A DNA stretch of 63,023 nucleotides, counting the filler, from Octopus bimaculoides (taxonomy: Eukaryota): NCBI RefSeq assembly GCF_001194135.2. It is 4 parts of 4 records of this genome, joined end to end, with 100 filler letters (N's around TTAATTAATTAA, not from the genome) between each part and the next. Parts side by side here need not be neighbours in the genome. Positions count along the whole stretch, not along the records: positions 1 to 27,483 come from NC_068993.1; 3 more parts are not named here. One strand, written 5' to 3'. Within the stretch, counting starts at the first letter, position 1. Every line of letters starts with the position of its first letter. The position numbers were made by a program, and so were the translations under genes. The notes below the pieces were generated by a model. The model worked only from the letters and a program-made list of their open reading frames with translations, was not told the DNA's origin and searched no databases. Below, in pieces: positions 1 to 12,429 of the stretch.

Positions 1-344
1 CACATATGGACGCACATACTTACATCTAAGCACGAACACATAAGTGCGTGCACACATATGAGCGTGCACACATACGAGCTTGCACACACTCACATACTCA
101 TACCGAACAGTTTCAAAACAACGCCAAATCATACATTCAAAATAAATGGAAGTGGAGAGACAAGTTACTGAAGAGATTGCAAGAGTGCAATGAAATGATT
201 TAACAAAAAACTATATACTGTTTATAAATTAATAAAGGACTGGACCAGTGCGTGTGTTTATTACCGGTATAATGTCTCTCCCAAGGTTTAATTGTATTTC
301 TTTCAACACACGTATCCACATCAAGAATCTTGCACACGAAATAC

Positions 345-497
345 ACATACGAAACGCTGCAATTTCCGTCTCCCAAATTCAGTTCCAAGTCTGTGGTTGG
401 CCTAGGACTACTGTAGAAAACACTTGCCCAAGGTACCATGCAGAGGGACTGAACGTGGAACCATGTGGTTGGGAAGCAAACTTCTCAACTACCCAGT
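345..497 (-). mobile_element. SINE family B, 5' half (tRNA-like head)
   Basis: Reverse complement matches the head of the full copy at 24711 (..GCTTCCCAACCACATGGTTCCACGTTCAGTCCCTCTGCATGGTACCTTGGGCAAGTG..). Confidence 0.75.
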
Positions 498-930
498 CAT
501 TTTGCACCTAATATGTGTGTGTGCGTTTGTTTAAATTTATTGTTAAATCGAGTATTTTGTCCCACTAGGCCTCAAAGTTAGCAGTTCATCAAGCGGAAAT
601 CTATAAAATAAATACCAGATTGAAATACGTACTGAGGTCAGTATAATCAATTAATTTTTGGAAGGTGATTCCCCATCATGGCAACAGTCGGAAAACTAAA
701 CCCAGTAAAATAATGCTTAAAGACTTAACGGCTTCAAATTTAAGGTAATGGATTACTAACCACAAGATTATGAGTTCAAAACTTCGTATTGAACTTCCAC
801 TCTTTAGTTAGGTAAATCTCAGTTTACCTAACTTCCAACAATTAACAGTTGTAATTTGAAGTTGAATGGTTAGCAGTAAGAAAGACATCAAAATTTCTTT
901 TTAAATTATTGTGCAAAAGTATTGTTTTCA

Positions 931-973
<43 letters not shown>

Positions 974-1455
974 TCTCTGTGGTAACTTGAGCTATTACAA
1001 ATACCAGCCAAATCTCTCTTAAAACACACGATTTCATCAAAAGATAGACACAGATTTACAGTATTTCAGGAAGAGAAAATGAGAAAACTATGCAAGGCAT
1101 CTGCTACATCAGATGCAACTCTGGACTAAACAAAGCACAGACAAACATACTTCACATTAAAAGATTATCTACTAAATAATACTAATAGAGTTGACGGTAT
1201 ATCTTCGAAGTTTCATTTCATGTATTTTAAACATTTTCCTAAGACATAAAGATTGTTCAGGCAGAGTTGCCTCCCGTAGCTAAGCTCTCAAAATTGTGCG
1301 GCCCAACTTCGTTTTCGAGGTTATTTTTGTAGTAAAAAAGAGTTGTTGCGCAGAAAACATACTTTGTAGCCGAAAGATTACTGAGTCTTTTGATTCCTCA
1401 TACTTCAAAATTGGAAACTCAGTTTAAGAATCCATAAGGAAAATACGCACGCACG

Positions 1456-1506
<51 letters not shown>

Positions 1507-1654
1507 AGACACACACACACACAAACACACACACAAACACACAAACACACAAACTCTATTTTATTTATATAGATAAGCACGTGATTAAGACATCAAGAGA
1601 TTATGAGCTTCATAGAGCTTATGTTTTCTTGATATTTACCATGGAGCAAGATTC

Positions 1655-1835
1655 TTTTATTCTATTCTTGTCTCAGTCTTTGGACTGTGGCGAAACTGGG
1701 TTACCTCCTTGAAAGGTTTAGTCGATCAAATAGATCCAAGTAGTTAACCTGGATATTTACTCATTCTGTCTCTTTTTGTCGAATCGCTAGGTTACAGGAA
1801 AATAATCAAAAATAAAACTGGTGTCGTACGATTAG
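1655..1835 (-). mobile_element. SINE family B, degenerate 3' half
   Basis: Diverged match to the reverse complement of 24870-25060 (tail TTCTTTTATTC, TTTAGTCGATCAAAT, TCTCTTTTTGTCGAATCGCTAGGTTAC). Confidence 0.6.
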
Positions 1836-2214
1836 AAACTAATAGAAACTTATAGACACCCCCACATGCACACAGAGAAACACATGTATATATGCATATA
1901 CGGCGGTCTTCTATACAACTGTTTTCGTCTTCCGAATTCACTGACTTGGCATTGGTCAGTGTTCAGATCCATGCAAGAAGATAATTGCCCAAGATGCTAC
2001 ACGATTGTGAAACGTACTTCTAATCAGACTGCCTTGCCTGGTAAAGTATAACAGCTTCGTGCTTCTAATGCATAAAAAATTGTTGAAAATTGGCAAGTTT
2101 TCCTGTTGCCCAAGTCATTAGCAAACCATATTACATTACAGCTGATTAATGTTAAATAAATTAAATTAAAAATAATAGGTTGAAATTGATATAGTAGTGG
2201 GATAGGAACTGACG

Positions 2215-2610
2215 ATGGCGAGAAAGAATTTGATAAATTTTTACTCTACGAGTTCAGGCGCTTTCGGTTATCATTGTTAATGCGACCCAGGTCTACTCAG
2301 TTAGGAATCACCGGTGGGGGTTTAATAATAAGGACTTTCATCTAGTTCTCTACGGTTTGTATAATACTTTTAAAGAAGTAATAATCTTTATCTGTCACAA
2401 GGGCAGTGACTTGATAGAGTCGTTAAATCGCCAGACAAAAACACCTTACCGTATTTCTTCCGGGTGTGTACATTCTGAGTTCAACTGAAGTTCAACTTTT
2501 CCTTTCATCCTTCGGGAGTCGATAAAATTAAGGACCAGTCAAATACTGCAGTCGCTGTATCGACTAACACCTCCCCAAAAGTGTTGGCTTAGGGATCAAA
2601 TTAGAAACAG
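2215..2610 (+). mobile_element. Two degenerate SINE family A remnants
   Basis: GAGTTCAACTGAAGTTCAACTTTTCCTTTCATCCTTCGGGAGTCGATAAAATTAAGGACCAG matches the family A core; a second remnant lies at about 2215-2340. Confidence 0.6.
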
Positions 2611-2799
2611 TCAACAAGTCTACAAATCTACATTAGCACAAGTCTCCAAAACTGAAAGTTAATAAATAATGTTTAGTCAAGTGAATCAAGTGCAAGCCCT
2701 GAAGAATGAAAGAAGCTAATTCCGGTCGATTCTTGAACTTAAAACATAGAACTTAGAACATAGAAGTTCGAAGAATATAGAATTAGGTACTGTAAGTAC

Positions 2800-3060
2800 C
2801 AGCTTAGAATGTTGCACTCGCATTCGCAAGTGCGTGGTTTCGATTTTCGGATCAGGCGGTGCGCAGTACTCTTGAGCAAAACACTTCATTTCACGTTGGT
2901 CCTGTCCACTCAGCTGTACATAGGTAACTCTGCGACGGACTAGCGTCACAATCAGGGATGAGGTTCTGATCCCGACCCCTTACAGAACTCGAAAACCGGG
3001 TAAACCGGTCCTATGAGTCCTAAGACTCGAGCCAGTTACGCCCAGGGGACTTACTTTTAC
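2800..3060 (+). mobile_element. SINE family C (tRNA-like head plus central domain)
   Basis: B-box-like GGTTTCGATT, then TTGAGCAAAACACTTCATTTCACGTTG..CCACTCAGCTG, which recurs inverted at 40830-40990. Confidence 0.6.
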
Positions 3061-4321
3061 TGTATTTACATTTTTCGATGAATTAGCAAAATCGTTCGAG
3101 TATCAGTTAGAACGATGGTTCTCAATTAGGGCGCATATGTCCCTCTAGGGGCGATGTAATATTTTGTTGTTACAATATACATGCCATGAATTGGTTATAC
3201 TAAATTAATTCTTAATTAATTTGTGAAGATCCTAGTTTGTGGACTATAGGTTGTAGTCTGAGCAGGCTGTGATGAAAAGCTTTCCACCCATGAGAATCCC
3301 ATCCTTTTATCGAATTTTTGTTGTCGTTACTGCTCTCTCCCTCCAAAAGAAATCGACTGTGATTAGACCTAGAGAAGGAAGAACTTCGCCAGGTTTAAAT
3401 ACCCAAAACATGTTATATGTTACTATAACGCCCTAAGAGTCTATCAGGTGTCGAGAGTACAGGGCGAGACTTATCTTTTTACTTACAAATACTCTATAAA
3501 AAATAATAAAGATATAGAATCCTCGGTGGTATTTGATTTCCGAATATAGATAGAGCAAATTTAAAATGATACTGATATTACTGTTGTTGTTGTGATCAAG
3601 TTGATATTTGACACACAAGTAGTCGGCCTAAACGACGAGCTGCAACTTACATAATATCGAATTCTTAGATTACTATAAGGTCACACATTCGTATGAATGT
3701 GGTATAATCCTGTCGGTTACTTTGTTCCAATATCATACGGTTCTTTCCAGAGCACAACCTTGTAATTTTTTTTATAAGTTGAGGTTATTGTACTTCGAGT
3801 ATTTAGAAGAACAGCGTGTCTGTAACAGACGATCAGATATACGTAACCAACGAAATGTGAGACGTTCATAAACGCAGAAAACAACAACCAAACGAGAAAG
3901 CTTTTAAAGTAGAGCAAGTTTGTAACAATCTCTATTTACATAATATACTAGGGGAAACAATGACAACACGAACGTTTATAACTTATATTATGTGGTTAAT
4001 AAATTATAGTTACTGCTTACAACATAAACATTATCGAGTTGAACCCTCTCGCTTACATGACATCTTTGTCGACTTTGATGGCTTTAAACAGAAACGAGAG
4101 GGAGAGTAAACTATTAGAACGATTTAGTATCTCAACCACCTTCACTGACGTGGCTAGCCATGTCGGATCCCCTGGTGATGTATGTAGAGTGTTACAGTAT
4201 CATCTCAAAACTTACTAAATGCGGTAGGCTGTTTTCATTCACATGTATATTAGACAACTGCCTGTTATACATACACATGATTAGGATTACAACATAGAAT
4301 TGCGCTTTCTATAATCTAGTA

Positions 4322-4850
4322 CTGGGGTTCTCAACCGCTTTTTTTTATCTATGGATCCCTCTGATTACTATTTTACTCTGGTGGACACTCATAGCCTTTC
4401 CATATTTATAAACTAGTTTTATAGATACCTCTTTCAACATTCCTATTTGCGGCGAGCTGCCAGAAACGTTAGCAAGCCGGGCGAAATGCTTAGCGATATT
4501 TCGTCTGTCTTTCAGTTCTGAGCTCAAATTCTGCCGAGGTCAACTTTGCCTTTCATCCTTTCGGAATCGATAAATTAATTACCAGTTGCGTACTGGGGTT
4601 GATCTAATCGACTGGCCTCCTCCCCCAAAATTTCTGACCTTGTGCCTCGAGGTTAAAAGAATATTCCTATTTTTGTTTTTCACACATTAACTTGTGTAGG
4701 TTGAACTATGTGACACGTTAAAGAAAGAAACGTAGCTCTATTTTGCAATCAATATATCTAAAGAAACATTGTTTCATGGAACTTTAATGTATCACTGTGC
4801 GTCCCCAATTCACTATTTTGTTTGCGTGGACCCTCTGCTGCATCTTTTCT
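4322..4850. mobile_element. Probable hAT-type non-autonomous element interrupted by a SINE A insertion
   Basis: Begins CTGGGGTTCTCAACC, resembling hAT CAG(G/T)GGTTCTCAACC ends; the sequence resumes after the SINE. The right end was not confidently found. Confidence 0.4.
4449..4662 (+). mobile_element. SINE family A, full copy with 10-bp target-site duplication
   Basis: A-box TGCCAGAAACG and B-box GAGCTCAAATTC; TSD ATTCCTATTT at 4439-4448 and 4663-4672. Confidence 0.9.
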
Positions 4851-4964
4851 TGTCATTATATTGTCATTGCTCCCTAGTTATTATCACAGATGTAACATCC
4901 AAAATAAATACACAGCTCATAGTCGTGAATTAAAATTATTATAGCATTTGCATAAAACTAGATA

Positions 4965-5135
4965 TAGGTGCAAGCATGATTGTTTGGTCAAGAAGCTCAA
5001 TTTGCAGCTTCAGATTTCAGGTTCAGTCCCTCTACACTGTTACTTTAGCAATTATCTTCCGCAATGGTTCCGGGCCGACCAATGCCTTGCGAGTGAATTT
5101 GTCAGAGGGAAGCTGTGTGGAAACCTGTCGTATAT
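4965..5135 (+). mobile_element. SINE family B-like 5' half
   Basis: CAGGTTCAGTCCCTCTACACTG..CCGGGCCGACCAATGCCTTGCGAGTGAATTTG..GGAAACCTGTCGTATATA. Confidence 0.7.
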
Positions 5136-5504
5136 ACATACATATATACATAGATTCATATATGTGTGTGTGTGTGCGCGTTCCATTCTGTCGAAGAGCG
5201 TAGGCTCGAAACGTAAAAGACTTTCTCATTCCCGAACGCTAAACCAATACATGTTTGTTTTTTACACACCCGTCTTTGTCTTTTTTTTTGTTGTAAATTC
5301 TCACTATATATATATATATNNNNNNNNNNAGATAGGTAGATAGGCATGGATATAAATATATATATGCATAGATGTATGTATGTGTGTATTTATGTATGTA
5401 TGTATGTATGTATGTATGTATGTATGTATGTATGTATGTGTTTGTGTGCGTGCGTGTGTGTATGTGTGTGTGTGAGTGTGTGTGCGTGTATGTGTGTGTA
5501 AGTA

Positions 5505-5710
5505 TGTGTAAATTTGTTTGCACCCACCACGGCTTGGCAACAGGTGTTGGTTTGTTTATGTCATCGTAACCTGCCGGTTTCGGCTGGAGTGACACGATGG
5601 GATATGTAATAGACTTAAGAAAAAAATTTTGGCAGGCGAATTGTTCGACTAAACTCTTCAAGATGGTGCCCCAGCATGGCCACAGTGCAATGACTAAAAC
5701 AAGGAACAGA
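5505..5710 (+). mobile_element. SINE family B 3' half
   Basis: GGTGTTGGTTTGTTTATGTCATCGTAACCTG..TTCGACTAAA..GGTGCCCCAGCATGGCCACAG..TGACTAAAAC; separated from the 5' half by microsatellites and a gap. Confidence 0.7.
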
Positions 5711-5963
5711 AAACAATCACATATTGGTTCATTCATTAAGTGTTTTATGGACCACAGTCATTGGGCTGCAGCCGCACTGATGCAATGCCTTAAACGGTTT
5801 TATTCGATTATTGTATTTATTTCAGTCTAAAATTTATTGTATAAAACTATGGCTGACGAACCGCAGAACATAACGGAGAATAAAGTAGAAAACATTAATG
5901 TTTTAGGAGACAGCTATACGCATACATAGGTGCGGCGAAGCATATGCAGAGATATACGTAGGG

Positions 5964-5999
<36 letters not shown>

Positions 6000-6721
6000 T
6001 ACACACGCACACATACCAACACGCACACATAGACACACATGCATAAATGTATAGGAAGAGTAAACAAGAAATAGAGAGAGAGAGGTAAAGAGAGAGGGAG
6101 AGAGAGAGAGAGTGAGCACGAGAGGGATGTTTTAGAAATGTTTGTTCGTAGTTTTATGGTTTTGTAACTTAAAATCCTGCACCGGACCGATGTTGCCTCA
6201 GTTTTGGAGACATACGTCACAAAATCCGAGTAACCGACCTTAAGGCATCAGAGGCACCTTTAATTTTGGTCTTATTCGTCGTTTTGTTGGGTGGTTTTGA
6301 TATTTTCGAATAAAGTTCTGTGAGTGCGACGTCTGAGCCCAACATAATATATTTTGTTTTGACCCAAGAGATGTTCTGTGCGTATATAGATGAGAGTATG
6401 TATGTATGTATGTATGTATGTATGTATGTATGTATGTATGTTTGTATGTATGCTTATATATATATGTATATATGTATGTGAGTAAAAATAAATACAAAGA
6501 AAGGGTTTTGTATGATCAGAGGAATATATTATTTTATTTAAAAGAGTTCCAACTCTGTCTATTTTTTATGTTTTTTATTTATATTCTAGTAAAATTTATG
6601 TGGGATATAGAATATGGAATATATAATATATAATATAAAAAAAGATGGATGTCAAGCGGTTGAAGGGGACAGACACTGACAGAAAGACACTCACAAACAC
6701 AAACGCATGCGCACGCACATA

Positions 6722-6890
6722 TGCGACAGGTTTCTTTCCGTTTCCGTCTACCAAATCCACTCACAAGGCTTTGGTCGATCCGGGGCTATAGTAGAAGGTT
6801 CTTGCTCACGGTGACACGCAATGGGGCTGAACACGGAAACATGTGGTCGGGAAGCAACCTTCTTACCACGCAGACACGCCTGCGCCTGCG
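6722..6890 (-). mobile_element. SINE family B 5' half
   Basis: TTTCCGTCTACCAAATCCACTCACAAGGCTTTGGTCGATCCGGGGCTATAGTAGAAG..CATGTGGTCGGGAAGCAACCTTCTTACCAC. Confidence 0.8.
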
Positions 6891-6904
6891 CCTATATAAT
6901 CCTA

Positions 6905-7214
6905 GACCGAGCGTTGTGAGTGTTTATTGAGCGAAAACACATAAAGCTCCACGATGCTCCAGCAAGGGATGGTGGTGAACGCTGCTGTACTCTTTCACCA
7001 CAACTTTCTCTCACTCTTTCTTCCTGTTTCTGTTGTGCCTGTAATTCAAAAGGCCAGCCTTGTCACACTGTGTCACGCTGAATATCCCCGAGAACTACGT
7101 TAAGGGTACACGTGTCTGTGGAGTGCTCAGCCACTTGCATGTTAATTTCACGAGCAGGCTGTTCCGTTGATCGGATAAACTGGAACCCTCGACGTTGTAG
7201 GCGACGGAGTGCCA

Positions 7215-7225
<11 letters not shown>
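6905..7225 (+). mobile_element. Unclassified retroposon 3' end (family D) with (CAA)n tail
   Basis: GC-richer non-coding block ending ..GACGGAGTGCCAACAACAACAAC; recognised from memory as a dispersed repeat, single copy in this window. Confidence 0.4.
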
Positions 7226-7285
<60 letters not shown>

Positions 7286-8103
7286 GAACATGCGTACGTG
7301 ACTGTATTTTGAGTTTTGGATATGTATGTGTTTTGTAGGTATCGTTGCAAGCACACGTACGGAAATACTAACTTTACATGCTCATATGCATACAGAAATT
7401 ATCAATACACGTGTGTGTGCGCGTGCAAATATGAACATATTTACTTGCGCGTTTACTTGTTTCAGTTAGTGAAATTTTGCCGTGCTGTGATCACGCTGAG
7501 CACTTCCATATTACACATAAAACAGTTGAATGCGATCTTTGTTATCAAGGACCACAAGTGTGCCATGTACTTCGGAATTTCTGAAGACGACTCCATTAAT
7601 GTTTTCTAAGCTGGTCAATGACGTCATAGAAGACTTAAACCAGGAGAGAATCATTCCGTATTTGAGTTCGTGCTTGTAAGTTTGGGAGTTTCACCTAATT
7701 GACTCCAGATGGCATCTGAATTCTGACTTCAGTGTTACTAAGCCATCAACTAAGTAGACATCCGGAGTGTGTGGATGGAAAAACATATCAACGCTTGGCG
7801 GAGTTCTCTTTTTGTTTCTTTATTTATTTGATTATATAAGGATGAAGTGCGATTAGGGATGGCTCCACACATGCAAACAAAAAAATAATAAACAAAAGGC
7901 AGCTAATTTTGTACGCGAAAAATATGTGCATTCATACGTGCGTGTGTGTCCGTGTATGCGTGTGTATGTATAAATGTGCCCACTCGCATATGTATATATG
8001 CAGGCGCGTTTATATATATATATATATATATATACATACATACATACACACAGACACACACATAAATATATATATGCATATATATGTGCGTGTGTGTGTG
8101 TGT

Positions 8104-8155
<52 letters not shown>

Positions 8156-8800
8156 GAATGTTTATATAGATATAGCTTTATATATGTATGTATCCATATA
8201 TGAATGTATTTATATGAGTGTGTATGTGTCTGTCAGTGTGTGTATGACTCTTACATGCATACATACACGCATACATACATACATACATACATACATACAT
8301 ACATACGTACGTACACTTACATACATTCATACACTTACATATGTGACCTTGTTTCCTATCACAGCGGGAGATAATTTTGAAAAATTGACAACCGGAAGTA
8401 ATTTTTAAAGGATGCAGTGACTTTGGATTTGCCGATTTATAACTGCAAGATATAAATGTTTAAAGTGGTTGACTGCAATATAATATGTATTAGCGTTTTA
8501 AATTAAGATATTTAAGTTATTTGCAAATGTTATTAAAGGCAGATAGAAACAAAGTTGGTAATTTTAACGGTATATTAATAAACGTAGAAGTAGTTTTGCC
8601 CTTACTTCCTGCTGCCGAAATCACTTCTCTCGCTAACATTTTACACTTTAATATTCTTTTGTTTTTTGTTTTTTTCTCTCCTAGTACAGTCACACTAATC
8701 GTCCACTCGTTTCTATCACTTTATACATACATACATACATACATACACATCTATACACAAACACACACGCCGGACTCCCCATATGTATATATTCGCCTGC

Positions 8801-8863
<63 letters not shown>

Positions 8864-9073
8864 CACATACACACAGAGGGATGTATGTATTTATATATAC
8901 ATATGTATGTATGTATATATGGATGTGTGTATTTTTCCCTTGTTTACAATTACCACGGTAAAAATAAATAAGCAGCTACCAGAGCAGCAAAAAATCACAC
9001 AAATAATAAGGACGTAACACCCTGTTTGTAAAGGTAGAAACTCTGGGTTGATGTGAAATATTTTGTATAATAT

Positions 9074-9125
9074 ATATAAATAAATAAATGGAGTTAAGCG
9101 CTTAACTCCATTTATTTATTTATAT
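9074..9125. repeat. Perfect 52-bp palindrome with no spacer
   Basis: ATATAAATAAATAAATGGAGTTAAGC|GCTTAACTCCATTTATTTATTTATAT, checked base by base. Confidence 0.9.
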
Positions 9126-9714
9126 GTATGTATAAGGGGTAACTGTGAAATTAATCACAATATTTGAATATTGTTTACATATTTCTTTACAGGTTATATA
9201 CAGTTATTACTATAAAAAAAAACGCTACTGTGTTGTAAACCAGTTGTAACAGCGTGAGAATGCATGCTTGGCGAGAGCTAATCTTTTTAACACGAGGTCG
9301 GAACAGCATAGTCACCAGCTAACCAGGAATTTTCCATTAATCTTGACACCTCACAAATACACGAGCACAACGATCGGTTGAAATATGGGTCAAATTCATC
9401 CGATGAAGACAGTCGCCGCCAAATACTTCATATGCCGTGGTCTTCGCCTGTTATTGAACTGACAGGGTTTCAAACGCTGGATACTGTTACATCTGTGTAT
9501 GTATGTGTGCGCGCGTGTTCATGTGTGTGTGAATGTATATATATATAGAGCGAGAGGGAGTTGATGCATTGGTGTAACCATGATGTTCTGGTGATCTGAT
9601 GACTGGGACAGCTTTCTTTGTCTACACTGATTTGCATATTGGTGCAGACATGTAAACATAATTTATTCTATATTTAAGAGATGACGAATTATATGCATCA
9701 TTATTTACATTTGA

Positions 9715-9930
9715 TGTTGGAGACGTACAGTGTCAGTGAACTAACTACCAGTGAACTAAGGTAACACCTCGTATTTTTCGAGCACCTTCCGCAGTATTCG
9801 AGTAGTACTGTTTTCTGCAAGTGCTCCACCCTTATTGCACCCTTATCGAGATTTTTGTTCACTGTTCCCAGGGCTCCGACAATTATTGGTACAACTGCTT
9901 AACCTGTCATATCTATCGACTTTTCTTATC
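9715..9930 (-). mobile_element. R4/Dong-like LINE, extreme C-terminus and 3' UTR relic
   Basis: Minus translation VVPIIVGALGTVNKNLDK..VEHLQKTVLL..RKVLEK matches the VP.viGALG..LQK..LL.TA.ILRKVL end of restriction-like endonuclease (RLE) LINEs. Confidence 0.65.
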
Positions 9931-9984
9931 ACATATATGTATATATATAGCTGGGAATATCTATGATCCAGCATAGTTTTCCTT

Positions 9985-10091
9985 TCTCTTTCGGGGTCGA
10001 TAAATTAAGTACCAGTTGCGTACTGGGGTTTTATCTAATCGACTGACCCCCGCCACAAAAGATTTCGGGCCTTGTGTCTAAAGTAGAAAAG

Positions 10092-10130
<39 letters not shown>
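9985..10130 (+). mobile_element. SINE family A 3' half with (ATT)n tail
   Basis: TTTCGGGGTCGATAAATTAAGTACCAGTTGCGTACTGGGG..GTAGAAAAGATTATTATT. Confidence 0.8.
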
Positions 10131-10136
<6 letters not shown>

Positions 10137-10149
10137 GTTGTTGTTGTCA

Positions 10150-10235
10150 CTATTATTATTATCATTATTCAAGTCACTGCCTGGAATCGAACTCGGAATC
10201 TTGGATTAGTAGCCCGCGCTCTAAACCACTACGAC
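10150..10235 (-). mobile_element. tRNA-derived SINE head (not an intact tRNA)
   Basis: Reverse complement CGTAGTGGTTTAGAGCGCGGGCTACTAATCCAAGATTCCGAGTTCGATTCCAGGCAGTGACTTGAATAAT has A and B boxes but no complete acceptor stem. Confidence 0.65.
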
Positions 10236-10284
10236 CGTGGGTAATTATGGAGTGAATTTTAGGGCTTATAAATCTAATATTTTC

Positions 10285-11820
10285 TTATCCTTCCTTAATA
10301 CCGGTCCATATGCTATTCATATCTGCACTCAGTTTGCTTAGGAGGTTGTTGTGTCCTAGCTTATGTGCTGCCTCTTTTAGTTTTCGTATTTTCCAGTGGT
10401 GTTCTCTGTCTATTATTTTAACTTCATCCCAAAGGGAGAGGTGGTCTCCATTTTTCCATATATGATCAGCTATACCTGATTTATCAATATCTCCTCGTGT
10501 CACAGCTTTGCGATGTTCCTCTACCCTTATTTTGAGAGGGCGATATGTTTCGCCTTTGTATAACCTACCACAGCTGCATGAGATGGAGTACATGCAGTTT
10601 TTGGTCATATTCTCTTCTATTAGTAGTTTTACCCGAAGGAGATATTTGCAAAGTGTTGTATTACTCTTGAATACTGTCCTGATGTCATATGGGCCGCATA
10701 TGTTTTGTATCTTTTCAGAGAGGCCTTTCACACAAGATAGACAGACTGTTGACAGTTTATTGGTTTCAGCCTCTCTTTTCTTCATAATTGGAGTAGATAG
10801 TATGCTTTTGGAGTAGTTGTTGCTTAATAGATTGTTACTGAGCATGATCATTTCTTCGTGGTGGGTATCACAATCGCTACCTATATTCTTTTCTCGATGT
10901 TTTAGGCACTGAGCAATCCCTCTCTTTACACTGTATGGATGGTGGGAATTGAAGAAAAGGTATCGTCCAGTGAAGGTCGGCTTGCGGTATACGGATGTCC
11001 TGAATCCATACTTGGTGCGTGTTATTAATATGTCCAGGAATGGTAGCTGATTGTCTTTTTCTTTTTCCATTGCGAACTGTATGGATGGCTTTATTGAGTT
11101 CGCACAATTTAACAGCACTTGGACATCTTCATAGTGGGGCCAGAGTATAAAGGTGTCATCAACATATTGCAGCCATAATGTTGGTTTTAGAGGTGTTGAT
11201 GCTAAAGCCAAATTCTCAAAGTATTCCATGTATATATTGGCTATTATCGGTGGTAATGGCGAACCCATAGCTAAACCATTTCTGTCGATATATATATCAG
11301 TGTCCATACTGAAATAGGTGGTTTCTACACAGAAGGTCAACATTTCCGTCAAGTTTCTTATTGGTATACTAGTGCGTTATTTTAGATGGGTATCTGTCAC
11401 TAGTTTTTCTTGAATCACCGATAGTGCTTCACCAGTTGGGACTTTGATGAACAGACTTATCACTTCTAGATTCACATCTGATAGGATTCAATGGGGGGGG
11501 GGGGGTGTCCTTGATCAATTCTGTGAAGTAGGTGGAATTCTTCACGTACGATGTTGACTTCCCTTCTAATGGACTGATTATATCCACAAGAAAGCGGTTC
11601 AGTGGATGACGTGCTGAACCTCTACAGCTCACTATAGGTCTTAATGGAATACCATCCATGTGAAGTTTAGGGAGACCGTACATGTGTGGTAGTTTACTGT
11701 AGTGTTGAGTCAGTTGTCTGCACTTCATTCATGTAAAGTGATCCTTGTTCTTGATCAAGATCTGTAACAACTTCCTCTCTGTTTTCAGAGTTGGGCCTTT
11801 CTTTATCATCCAATGAAATC
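10285..11820 (-). mobile_element. Penelope-like retroelement (RT plus C-terminal GIY-YIG endonuclease), frameshifted
   Basis: YGLPKLH..PLRPIVS in 11429-11728; GLAMGSPLPPIIANIYME, YVDD, FLDILI, SHHP..KRGIA and CMYSISCSCGRLYKGET..RVEEH..SGIADH..RKLKEA in 10285-11352. Confidence 0.92.
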
Positions 11821-12429
11821 ATTATGGGATGAGGAAGACTGCAAGACAGCAGTTACCGTAATGATGACAAGTGTTTAAATAAATATATTCACTTCTCATA
11901 CCTCCTGACATTTATAGCTTATATGTATGTTTGTATATATGTGGGTATGTTTGTATGTATGTATGCCTGTATGTGTGTGCATATATATATATATGTTTGT
12001 GACATAATTGTGACATTTAAACTAGCAGAGGTTATCCGGTGTGCTTGAGTAATGAATCAAACAAACATAAGACGGAAAGTGTGATTTATCGGAGAATCGT
12101 GTATACTTCTAAAATAGTTGCCGCACAAAAGTCACTCTTGCAGTTTCATACAGATATACATAAGAGACCTGTAATCTAGGCAAATTTCAAAATCCGAACT
12201 TTCGATTCATTTATACCCAATTACCGGTCTGAGCTTTTGTCGTAACCTACTTATTGGTCTACCAACATCAAAGTTTACTTAATTAATCTTTGGTTTATGA
12301 TACAGAATATCACCGCGGTTTGTAGAGAGTAGTTATCCATCTTGCTTCTTCACTTATATTCGTGTATATGGAGCAGCAGTTTTAAGATGGTATGCTGGCT
12401 AGAGTTAGAAGCAATGTTCTATCAGAAAT

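Noticed and set aside
3433-3917. Hydrophobic minus-strand ORFs resembling GPCR helices (also 57926-58150)
   Set aside because: No convincing conserved motif or exon chain; T-rich strands of AT-rich DNA yield hydrophobic peptides by chance.
7618-7627. Second ATGACGTCAT (CRE) site
   Set aside because: No adjacent exon or promoter evidence; it lies in degenerate repeat-like sequence.
5304-8971. ORFs rich in YI, HT, CV, MYVC or LSIY repeats (also throughout 13.8-16.6, 27.8-29.2, 34.8-35.4, 38-43 and 47-48.8 kb)
   Set aside because: Translations of di- and tetranucleotide microsatellites that lack stop codons.
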